Shown: piece after piece, positions 1-7,516 of the stretch
Position numbering within the stretch: position 1 is the stretch's first letter
Layout of the letters: each line of letters begins with the position of its first letter
Assembly (NCBI GenBank): GCA_043801585.1
Contig: JAZDLX010000144.1
Location: 1-10,737 of the forward strand
From: a bacterium
Lineage (GTDB): Bacteria > Electryoneota > Electryoneia > Electryoneales > Electryoneaceae
DNA: 10,737 nt
Direction of reading: 5' to 3'
Notes under the pieces: model-generated
What the model was told of the DNA's origin: nothing
Database searches by the model: none
What the model saw: the letters and a program-made list of their open reading frames with translations, nothing else
Made by a program: the position numbers and the translations under genes

Positions 1-1298
1 TCGATGTAGACGTTTTTCTTCAGATCCTCGACCCAACGGTTGTACACCTGTTCCTGTTTCTCGACCTGGGCGAGGCGTGAGATGCGGTCCCAATCGTTTT
101 TCAGATCAAGGGGGCGTTCCGGCTCTTTCGCGAGCAGCTTCAGCAGGTGGATGCCAAGCTGTGTCCGGAAGGGCTGGCTGACCTCGCCGGAGTCCAGTGT
201 CGTCACTACGTTCTTGAAATCGGGTCGAAGCTGGTTTACGTCGAACCAGCCGAGATCGCCACCCTGCGAGGCGTTATCCTTGTCATCGGAGTACTCTTTC
301 GCCAGAGTGGCAAAATCCTCACCGTTCTGAATCCGCGTGTAAAGGCCGCTCGCTTTCTCCACTGCACGGTCGCCATCCGCATCGGTGGGGCGGAGGCTGA
401 TCAGAATGTGACTGCTGTTGATTTTCTCGCCGCGCCGCCAGTTGAGACGGATGATGTGGAAACCAAACCTCGAGCGGATCGGTTCGCTGATTTCCCCCTC
501 GTTCAAACCGAAGGCAACTGATTCGTACTCTGGAACCAGGTCACCGCGCTGGGTCGTGCCGAGCAGGCCGCCTTTCGCTCCGGTGCTGCGGTCGTCGGAA
601 TACTTCATCGCCAGGTCTTCAAAATTGCCGCTGGTCATCAATACACGGAACAGGCTGTCCGCCAGCGCTTTTGCCCGTTTGGTCGCCTCTTCGGTGGGCT
701 GGATCTGAACGAGGATATGCGCGAGGTGGAATCGTTCCGGAAGGGTTGGCAGTTGATCCCTGTTAAGCTGAAAATAATCTTCGACTTCGGACTTGTTTAC
801 CGATACCGACTGCAATTTCCGTGAGCGCAGGCGATCGATCTTCAGGTTGTCACGGACCTGCTTGCGAAATTCCCTGCGAATCTGACGGATCGGTTTTCCA
901 TAGTACAGTGCGAGAGCCTCTTCGCTGCCCAGTTCCTGGACGATCTGGTTGATCCGCTGATCAAGGGTCTGGTCGATTTCACGATCCTCGACCTTGATGT
1001 TCGTGTCTTCCTCGGCGATGGCGAGGAGAATCTTCTGGTTGATCAGCTCGTTCAGTATCTGATTGCTAAGCGCCGTTATCTGCTCCGGTGAAGAATACAT
1101 GGAGCGGTTGCGCAGGATGATATCCTGAACGAACTGCAGGACCTCTGATTCAAGGATGATTTCGTCGTTGACGGTCGCCAGGACACGGTCGACAAGTGTG
1201 TGTCCGCTCGTTCCCGGATCGACGGTCTGAGCTGAAACCGGGATCGAAAGCATCAGGACAAGAAGTGCGATCATGACGGCAGGGTTGTGCTTCTTCAC
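1..1298 (-). CDS. surA: SurA-like periplasmic chaperone / parvulin-type peptidyl-prolyl isomerase (3' end runs off the window; not in the ORF track)
   Basis: Hand translation from GTG at 1298, which overlaps the TGA of the upstream gene (GTGA) and has GGAG 7 nt upstream, is open for 432 codons to the window edge. It shows a signal peptide MKKHNPAVMIALLVLMLSIPVSA|Q and a SurA N-domain start LVDRVLATVNDEIILESEV. Parvulin domain 1 is FHLAHILVQ...FEDLAMKYSDD...GGLLG...SEPIRSRFGFHIIRL. Parvulin domain 2 is SSHILIS...FATLAKEYSDD...GGDLGWF...SQPFRTQLGIHLLKL. The SurA-type C-terminal helix reads YNRWVEDLKKNVYI. Confidence 0.9.
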   Translation of the reverse strand, partial: MKKHNPAVMIALLVLMLSIPVSAQTVDPGTSGHTLVDRVLATVNDEIILESEVLQFVQDIILRNRSMYSSPEQITALSNQILNELINQKILLAIAEEDTNIKVEDREIDQTLDQRINQIVQELGSEEALALYYGKPIRQIRREFRKQVRDNLKIDRLRSRKLQSVSVNKSEVEDYFQLNRDQLPTLPERFHLAHILVQIQPTEEATKRAKALADSLFRVLMTSGNFEDLAMKYSDDRSTGAKGGLLGTTQRGDLVPEYESVAFGLNEGEISEPIRSRFGFHIIRLNWRRGEKINSSHILISLRPTDADGDRAVEKASGLYTRIQNGEDFATLAKEYSDDKDNASQGGDLGWFDVNQLRPDFKNVVTTLDSGEVSQPFRTQLGIHLLKLLAKEPERPLDLKNDWDRISRLAQVEKQEQVYNRWVEDLKKNVYI

Positions 1299-2446
1299 GG
1301 TTGAACTCCGGTGGAGGTCGTGTCTGCGATGGTTGTATCAGAGGGAGCACTCAGGTCAGCTCCCGGGATGGCGCCGCTCGGTTCTTCAATGGTTCCGGCT
1401 GCGTCAAACGTATCGGCCGGTTCCTCGCCTGGTGTGATGCTCGGCGGCGAGGCTTCCGGCAGAGTATCGGTCTGTTCGGGTATTGTCTCTTCCCGGTTGT
1501 TTTGATCTTCCACGGTGGATTGATCGAGTGGCGATTCCTGAATCCGTGGAGGGATCGATTCGCGCGTGATGGTGGAGTCCTGGTCTGGGTGCTCCATTTC
1601 GAGAATGGCTGGTGCATTGATTCGGACAATGCCATGCCGCCGCGCTTCTCGGCGCAACCCTTCGATGTAGGCAATCTGGTCCCGGGCGCGTTCCTCGGCA
1701 TAAAGCTGTGCCCGGATGATTGGCATCATTTCGTCGAGAGGCCGGGTCTTCCCAGCATTTTCCCGGCCCAGCAGTTTCACAACCAGCCAGCGTCCCTCAA
1801 GAAGAAAGGGAAGGGACGCCTGTCCGGACCGCAACGGATCGATTGCCCGGGTGACCTGCCGGGGAAGACGTTCAATGGAGATATAACCGGAGGTATCGAA
1901 GTCAATATCCCGAAAATTGCTGATCAGCTCCTGATCGCTGCGCGATTGATCAAGTCCGGTTCGCACGGACCAGGCTGTGTTTCTTGACGGGGCATAAGCG
2001 ATGATGAGTTGTACCTCATCGGTTACACGGGTGAACTCGCCGGTGTGATCCTGCCAATACGCCACAACCTGCTCATCGGAAGGTTGTTCGACGCGAATGG
2101 CGTCTTCGTAAAGTTTGTTGATGATCAGCTCTTCACGAAGCTCTTCCACCCGCCGGGAGATTTCCCTGTCTCTGTAGAGACCGCGCCGGCGTGCCTCATG
2201 GAGTAAAATCTGGTGATCAACCCAGTGATTGACCACTTGAGCGCGAAGCTGCGGGTCATCCGGATTGAGGTCCATATCCTCGATGATCCGGGTGACAGCG
2301 GCGGGTGTGATCGCCTTTTTCCCAACGACCACGATGGCATCATCGGGAATCCGCCGTGCAAGATTACACCCTGCAAACAGTGAAGCGATCAGGGCGAACG
2401 ACAATCCCGTCGTCACCCAACGATTAGTCTTTGTCATCAAAGACAT
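1295..2446 (-). CDS. SurA/PrsA-like foldase lipoprotein with a degenerate parvulin domain and an acidic, Pro/Thr-rich C-terminal tail
   Basis: Lipobox LFAG|C after a hydrophobic stretch. SurA N-domain-like helices (VVNHWVDHQILLHEARRRGL...LREELIINKLY, PSDEQVVAYW). The parvulin-like segment ending SLPFLLEGRWLVVKL lacks the usual His residues. Typical closing segment RPLDEMMPIIRAQL. About 100-aa low-complexity tail. Alternative ATG at 2437. Confidence 0.8.
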   Translation of the reverse strand: MSLMTKTNRWVTTGLSFALIASLFAGCNLARRIPDDAIVVVGKKAITPAAVTRIIEDMDLNPDDPQLRAQVVNHWVDHQILLHEARRRGLYRDREISRRVEELREELIINKLYEDAIRVEQPSDEQVVAYWQDHTGEFTRVTDEVQLIIAYAPSRNTAWSVRTGLDQSRSDQELISNFRDIDFDTSGYISIERLPRQVTRAIDPLRSGQASLPFLLEGRWLVVKLLGRENAGKTRPLDEMMPIIRAQLYAEERARDQIAYIEGLRREARRHGIVRINAPAILEMEHPDQDSTITRESIPPRIQESPLDQSTVEDQNNREETIPEQTDTLPEASPPSITPGEEPADTFDAAGTIEEPSGAIPGADLSAPSDTTIADTTSTGVQP

Positions 2447-4142
2447 ATTTCAGGTTTTTCCGGTAAATCTTGTTGGGTTCAACTTGCATCAGACTGTCCG
2501 TCCAGGCCTCGTAATCTGTCTTCGCAGATTCATTTTTCATGTCATCAGCAATCTTTTCGCGTACTGAGTCAAACGGCTGCGGGGTGGGCTCGTAAATTTT
2601 TGTCAGTTTGAAAACCGAATAGCCATCACGAAGATCAATCGGTCCCACAATATCTCCGACTTTGGCCTTGGAAAGGGCGTCGCTAAGAGGGCCGAACGTT
2701 CCTTCCCGGAAAGGTCCAAGGTGTCCTCGATTAGCACGTCCGTTCGTGCGCACCGTGTATTTTGCCGCTAAATCCTCGATGGATTGCCTGGCGATCACCC
2801 ACCTGTAAATTTTTCTTGCAAGCACTGGACTATCAACAAGGACTTCGATTCCTTCATACCGTTTGGGATTTGTAAAGCTGCTTAAGTGGCTCTGATAATA
2901 GGCTTTCATCTTCACTTCAGACGGAAGCGGCAGTTTTTCTCTACGTTGGTTTTTAATATAGTTAAATACATAATAATCCACAGCTTCTCTCGCGCCATGC
3001 ACGACTTCTTCCTCATCAGGCAAACCGCGTTTTTTTACCTCGTACGGCATCAGATAGAGCTGAGAAATAATGATGTCGAGCTGGCGGTCCACTGTCTCAT
3101 CTGTCAAGATACGTTCCTGTGGGCGCACATATCGGTTCATATAATCCGAGACATCTTGAATGCGCAAAATGCCGGGTGGCACGTCGAAAGTGGCCAGATC
3201 AGAAGACAACTCCTGGTCCGTGAATTGGCGAAATGGATTCGCAGAATGGATCAAATCGCCCGTTGTTTTCAGTTTTGAAACCATCATTTCCACCGCGTCC
3301 CGGTTCACCGATACTTTATGCGCTGTTTTCAAGCTATCGATGAATGCGTGCGATCTGTTCAGAAGCTCCTGACCGTGTAATTCTATCAGGCGGCTTCGAA
3401 TTCTGTTCTTGTCGAGAGCGAATGGGGGCCGGTTTGTTTTTTCACGTCGACCGGCAAGCCTGATGATATGCCAACCATAATCAGTGAGAAGAGGTTCCGA
3501 GATGTCATTGACGTTCATACTCCATACTTTTTCCTGGAATTTGGGCACCATCGTCCCCCAGCCAAACCAGCCGATGTCGCCTGCAGGTGTCGTGACGTCT
3601 TCATTGTATTTTTTAGCGAGTTGAATAAAATCTGTGCCGGGTTGAATGGCTACCTGGTACAAACTGTCCGCGATATGTTCAGCCTCCTCGATGCTTCGCT
3701 TGTCTCCATCCTTGATCAGGATATGGAATGCACGCACTTCATACTTGTCGTTCATATAGAAGTCTTTCAGCATTTTCTCGGTCAGAACCTTATCAATGAC
3801 AACTTGTGTCTGAAGAGCTTTCATTGCCCGGTCATTTAATTGACTTTCAAATGTGCTTCTCGCGAATTCCAGGGTATCAAGGGAGAGTTTGTATGCTTCG
3901 TTCGTGACGAGCCGTTGAGCGACGAGATCATGGATTTTACTGTTGATCTGGCCTTCGGTCAGTTTCGACAGATTATCTGATCCGTACGAGCTTCGAAGGA
4001 CTTCACGGAATGTATCAACGTCCATCGTCCAGTCGCCGACTTTTATAACGGGTTTCTTGCCGGGTTTTGTACATCCGGTCATCAGGATAGCAACCGTAAA
4101 AAATGCTATCAATACAAACGAGATCCTGCGCATGGCGATCAC
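2424..4142 (-). CDS. PpiC/parvulin-type peptidyl-prolyl cis-trans isomerase lipoprotein (two rotamase domains)
   Basis: Lipobox LMTG|C. Intact parvulin domain VRAFHILIK...DFIQLAKKYNED...GDIGWF...MVPKFQE...ISEPLLTDYGWHIIRL. Second, degenerate domain IEDLAAKYT...GHLGPF...GDIVGPIDLRDGYSVFKL. The start is more likely GTG 4142 or ATG 4133, just downstream of GGAGG, than the ORF-track start at 4175. The 3' end overlaps the next gene's start. Confidence 0.88.
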   Translation of the reverse strand: MIAMRRISFVLIAFFTVAILMTGCTKPGKKPVIKVGDWTMDVDTFREVLRSSYGSDNLSKLTEGQINSKIHDLVAQRLVTNEAYKLSLDTLEFARSTFESQLNDRAMKALQTQVVIDKVLTEKMLKDFYMNDKYEVRAFHILIKDGDKRSIEEAEHIADSLYQVAIQPGTDFIQLAKKYNEDVTTPAGDIGWFGWGTMVPKFQEKVWSMNVNDISEPLLTDYGWHIIRLAGRREKTNRPPFALDKNRIRSRLIELHGQELLNRSHAFIDSLKTAHKVSVNRDAVEMMVSKLKTTGDLIHSANPFRQFTDQELSSDLATFDVPPGILRIQDVSDYMNRYVRPQERILTDETVDRQLDIIISQLYLMPYEVKKRGLPDEEEVVHGAREAVDYYVFNYIKNQRREKLPLPSEVKMKAYYQSHLSSFTNPKRYEGIEVLVDSPVLARKIYRWVIARQSIEDLAAKYTVRTNGRANRGHLGPFREGTFGPLSDALSKAKVGDIVGPIDLRDGYSVFKLTKIYEPTPQPFDSVREKIADDMKNESAKTDYEAWTDSLMQVEPNKIYRKNLKYVFDDKD

Positions 4143-4244
4143 AATGCCTCCAACCTCACTCAACGTTTTCATCACATCAGCTAATGAACGTCACTCCCCA
4201 GAGGGACACAAGTTCCGAATCATGTTCCGGTCTGAAAGAACCCT

Positions 4245-4273
4245 AAGGTACTTCGGGACCTAGACGTGCGCAA
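4245..4273 (-). promoter_or_regulatory. Candidate sigma70-type promoter for the foldase operon
   Basis: Minus strand reads TTGCGC (4273-4268), a 17-nt spacer, then TACCTT (4250-4245), about 100 nt upstream of the first CDS. Motif match only. Confidence 0.5.
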
Positions 4274-4454
4274 GGAAGTGGGTCGATATCGAGGGCAGAG
4301 GACGAATCGGGAATCGTTTCACCTTCTTCGCATTCCAATTGTTTCTCCGATCAAACAAGAAGTTCATTCGAATATGGTGCTGACGTTCGGAAATATGTAT
4401 CTTTACGGAAAGTAGGAACGCGCTTTAGAAGTAGTTGGAAGCCGACCATTTCGC

Positions 4455-4472
4455 AGTTGATGCAGTGAAATG
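4455..4472. promoter_or_regulatory. Candidate regulatory motif, copy 1 (AGTtgATGCAGTGAAATG); copy 2 at 9394-9411
   Basis: 16/18 identity, including an exact 13-mer ATGCAGTGAAATG, with a site in the other large intergenic region. This copy covers the spacer and right arm of the imperfect inverted repeat CATTTCGC-N10-GTGAAATG (4447-4472). Confidence 0.35.
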
Positions 4473-4511
4473 AGACGGTGAATAGCGCACAACGAAGCGG
4501 ATGAGGCGGTT

Positions 4512-5309
4512 ATGGTGAAATCTCGGACCCGTTTTCTGGTCCCTGCGATGATTGGCGCGCTGCTGTTGATCTCCGGAAATACCCAGGCCCAGATGGCTGA
4601 CAACATCGGCATGCTTGAAATGTTGCACCTGATCAACGCACCCACAGCCGGGGTGCTGAAGCAGGGACAATACCAGATCGACCTGCGAGCCTATGGTGAC
4701 GGCGGTACCGAGGCGGGGATTGGCATCGGCCTTTTCAACCGCTTCATGTTTGGCGTTTCCTGGGGCGGTAACGGGCTGATCGGCTTTGGAACACCACGGG
4801 GAAACAAACTGCCCGGCGTCCTCGTCAAATACCGTCTTTTTGAAGAATCGATGTCATTTCCCGCAGTCACCTTTGGCTACGACATGCAGGGGCATGGACC
4901 CTGGTACGACGGGAATAATCGTTACCTCTACAAGGCTTCCGGTGCGTTTGTCGCCCTCTCGAGGAATTGGATCAGCGACTACGGCCGTTTCGGTGTCCAC
5001 CTGGGGTCGAATTACAACAACTTCGAAACGGATGATCAACGGGGCTTCGATGGCTTTGTCGGACTTGATTTCAGCATCAATGAACAGATTGCTTTTCTCG
5101 TAGAATACGATCTTGCTCTCGACGATAACAGCAAAGACGATCATTTTGGTGTCGGTCCCGCGGGTTATCTGAACGCCGGATTCCGTTTGACCTTCGCACA
5201 GGCTCTCGTTCTCCAGTTCCAATTCATGGATCTTCTTGGCTCCAGCGCTGAAACCACAGGCATCGGAAGAGAGTTAAAGATCGTATACGTCGAAACATTC
5301 AGTTTCTGA
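4512..5309 (+). CDS. YjbH-domain-like outer-membrane beta-barrel protein
   Basis: GAGG RBS upstream of ATG and a signal peptide ending NTQA|Q. N-terminal LINAPTAGVLKQG resembles the LIxxPTAxxL motif I recognise from YjbH-like proteins. Alternating amphipathic strands (GIGIGLFNRFMFGVSW, FVGLDFSI, YLNAGFRLTF) and a terminal YVETFSF consistent with a BAM beta-signal. Confidence 0.65.
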   Translation: MVKSRTRFLVPAMIGALLLISGNTQAQMADNIGMLEMLHLINAPTAGVLKQGQYQIDLRAYGDGGTEAGIGIGLFNRFMFGVSWGGNGLIGFGTPRGNKLPGVLVKYRLFEESMSFPAVTFGYDMQGHGPWYDGNNRYLYKASGAFVALSRNWISDYGRFGVHLGSNYNNFETDDQRGFDGFVGLDFSINEQIAFLVEYDLALDDNSKDDHFGVGPAGYLNAGFRLTFAQALVLQFQFMDLLGSSAETTGIGRELKIVYVETFSF

Positions 5310-5322
5310 GCCGGGGATCCCT

Positions 5323-6423
5323 GTGAGTATGAAAAGCGTTGCACGTATAACGGCTGTGTGGACTTCGGTCCTCACGGCTTTCCTTTTGCCATGCGTATCT
5401 GTTGCCAGGCCATCTCTTCCCGAAGCAACCCCCTTTGGATTCGGCACATCCTGGAATGTCGCGACCGCTTCCTCCGGCGCCGCTGTTGACAGCGGTATTG
5501 TAGGCGGATTGTTAAACCCGGCTGCCCTTGTCTCGAGCCGTAATGAGCTGTTGGGAGAGGGGCAGGTGTTCGGAAATACTTCAGCCAAGCTGGGAATCAC
5601 GGCAGCGAACCTGCGTTGGGGAGCGGGAACCATCGGGTATCTGAACCGCTACAAGGACGTCACGATGGCTTTTGTCTATTATCCGCTCGAGTCTTTCGAA
5701 TCAGGGTACTCATATGAAACGAACGAGGTCGTCATGCGTTCTCAGTATGCTGCAATGTCCGCGATCGTGGCGTTCCCTGTAGCAAAACGGATATCCGCCG
5801 GTCTGCAGATCGGAAACATTCGCGGGACCAGCAATGACGGTGTGTTGCTCAGTGAATCGGACGGCGACACCTCTCTCGCACCGCACCTGATGGATATCCG
5901 GATTGGAACCAGAATTACGGGTGATGCCTGGAGCATGTCCATCGCTTATCAGGCTCCACCTTTCGGATCCATGAGTATTGATCGCCCCGTCAACGTGACA
6001 AACCGGCGCGAGTCCCAGACATACAGCTACCGTGGATCGTGGGCAACCGCCATTGGCATCGGTTACCGTCGCCCTCAGGTCGTGTACTCTTTGGACGGCA
6101 CGATCAGGGAATTGGGGTTCCGACGTTTTGGAGGCAACGAGATTCCGGGGGATGGTCTGCAGGCAGATCTCTCGGGATCATTGCGCTGGAAAACAACGGA
6201 TCGGCTGCAAATGACCATCGGATTGTCCGCGAGACTGCTTGACCCCAACCAGCAGAAACACCTTATCTTCGGCATCGGGGGCAGTTACGAGCCTACGCCG
6301 GAGATCACCCTGATTGGGGGTGCTGGTCTGCTGTTCGGCGTTGGAGACGGATCATCAGGCACACCGCTCGAAAATGTACACCCCTGGGTTCTTCGCGGTG
6401 GTGCGATATTTCATGGTGACTGA
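5323..6423 (+). CDS. Putative outer-membrane beta-barrel protein, distantly FadL/PorV-like
   Basis: Signal peptide ending CVSVA|R. LLNPAAL near the N-terminus resembles the NPA(G/A)L motif of OmpP1/FadL and PorV/PorQ-type barrels. Many amphipathic strands ([38 protein letters not shown]). Starts 13 nt after the previous stop; alternative ATG at 5329. Confidence 0.55.
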   Translation: MSMKSVARITAVWTSVLTAFLLPCVSVARPSLPEATPFGFGTSWNVATASSGAAVDSGIVGGLLNPAALVSSRNELLGEGQVFGNTSAKLGITAANLRWGAGTIGYLNRYKDVTMAFVYYPLESFESGYSYETNEVVMRSQYAAMSAIVAFPVAKRISAGLQIGNIRGTSNDGVLLSESDGDTSLAPHLMDIRIGTRITGDAWSMSIAYQAPPFGSMSIDRPVNVTNRRESQTYSYRGSWATAIGIGYRRPQVVYSLDGTIRELGFRRFGGNEIPGDGLQADLSGSLRWKTTDRLQMTIGLSARLLDPNQQKHLIFGIGGSYEPTPEITLIGGAGLLFGVGDGSSGTPLENVHPWVLRGGAIFHGD

Positions 6424-7493
6424 TCCGCACGCGGGACGTGAGTGAAAAGGATACCAGGATGATCGATTTACGAAGCGATACCGTAACACGGCCAACGCCT
6501 GAGATGAGAAAAGCCATGTTCAAGGCGGAGGTTGGCGACGATGTCTTCGGCGAGGATCCGACGATCAACCGTTTGCAGGAACGGGTGGCTGAGATTCTCG
6601 GAAAAGAAGCCGCGCTTTATGTTCCCTCGGGTACGATGAGCAACCAGATCGCCATCAAGGTGCTTACCCGGGAAGGCGACGAAGTCTACTGCGATCAGGG
6701 TGCACACATCTACAATTACGAAGCCGGAGCTCCAGCGTTCATCAGCCGTGTGCAGATTCGCCCAATCCAGGGTATTCGCGGAGTATTCACCGCCTTACAG
6801 GTGGAGGAGTTGCTTCAAACGGACAATGCCCATTTTCCGCATTCTGCCTTGGTCAGCATCGAGAACACGGCGAATCGCGGTGGTGGCACGGTGTGGCCAT
6901 TGGCGGAAATTCGCCGGATACGAGAGTTGGCGACTGAGAAGGGGATGCGGGTGCACCTGGATGGGGCTCGTCTCTGGAATGCCGTTGCCGCCTCCGGAAC
7001 TCCCGAAAAGGACTGGGCTCAGTACGCGGATACGGTATCCGTCTGTTTCAGCAAAGGGCTGGGAGCACCCGTCGGCAGCGCCCTGGTCGGTTCAAAGGAA
7101 CTGATCGCGGAAGCGCACCGTATCCGGAAGAAACTGGGCGGGGGCATGCGGCAGGCCGGTATCATCGCCGCCGGGGCGCTTTATGCTCTGGAAAACAATC
7201 GTGAACGACTTGTCGAGGATCACCATCGGGCAAAAACTCTCACCATGGGATTGGCTGAGATTCCCGGCTTTGCAGTCGATCTTGAACATGTCGACACGAA
7301 CATTGTGATTGTGGATATGACCGAACGCGCAATCGAGGGACAACAGTTTGCGAAACGTGTCGCGGAAAAAGGGTTGCTGGTGACGCTCGCCGGTCATTAT
7401 AAAGTCCGTTTCGTGACACACCTCCAGATTTCAGATCAGGATATCGAGGATGCACTGAAAATCGTCAGGAGCCTTTACGCCGCCTGATCCGCA
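6420..7493 (+). repeat. 10-bp direct repeat CTGATCCGCA at 6420-6429 and 7484-7493 bracketing ltaE
   Basis: Read directly. Each copy contains the TGA stop of a gene (5323-6423 and ltaE respectively). Biological meaning uncertain. Confidence 0.5.
6438..7487 (+). CDS. ltaE: Low-specificity L-threonine aldolase (PLP-dependent)
   Basis: Family motifs [62 protein letters not shown] (PLP lysine) and [12 protein letters not shown]. Start is either GTG 6438 or ATG 6459. Confidence 0.95.
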   Translation: MSEKDTRMIDLRSDTVTRPTPEMRKAMFKAEVGDDVFGEDPTINRLQERVAEILGKEAALYVPSGTMSNQIAIKVLTREGDEVYCDQGAHIYNYEAGAPAFISRVQIRPIQGIRGVFTALQVEELLQTDNAHFPHSALVSIENTANRGGGTVWPLAEIRRIRELATEKGMRVHLDGARLWNAVAASGTPEKDWAQYADTVSVCFSKGLGAPVGSALVGSKELIAEAHRIRKKLGGGMRQAGIIAAGALYALENNRERLVEDHHRAKTLTMGLAEIPGFAVDLEHVDTNIVIVDMTERAIEGQQFAKRVAEKGLLVTLAGHYKVRFVTHLQISDQDIEDALKIVRSLYAA

Positions 7494-7516
7494 ATTTGAA
7501 GCGGAAGGGGAAAACG

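Noticed and set aside
40..708. Plus-strand ORFs 40..330, 147..521 and 418..708
   Set aside because: They are antisense shadows of the SurA-like gene, which has clear domain motifs. They show no recognisable features.
1301..1987. 228-aa plus-strand ORF
   Set aside because: It is wholly antisense to the foldase lipoprotein gene and has no motif. Long shadow ORFs are expected at this GC content.
4143..4175. ORF-track N-terminal extension of the PPIase (start 4175)
   Set aside because: It contains the GGAGG RBS and would lengthen the signal peptide abnormally. Starts at 4142 or 4133 fit better.
4212..4227. GTTC-N8-GTTC as an alphaproteobacterial LexA box
   Set aside because: That box is GTTC-N7-GTTC. 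The spacing is wrong and the gene content is not alphaproteobacterial-like.
4375..4431. Plus-strand promoter for the barrel-ltaE-yhaM operon
   Set aside because: TATCTT at 4398-4403 is a plausible -10, but there is no convincing -35 at 16-18 nt spacing, so it is not called.
4176..4511. Riboswitch, ncRNA or tRNA in the divergent intergenic region
   Set aside because: Only short imperfect hairpins are present and I recognise no family consensus. An Rfam/Infernal scan would be decisive.
5307..7499. TGA read-through or recoding fusing the plus-strand genes
   Set aside because: Read-through after 6423 and 7487 hits another in-frame TGA within 6 codons, and read-through after 5309 is out of frame with the next gene.
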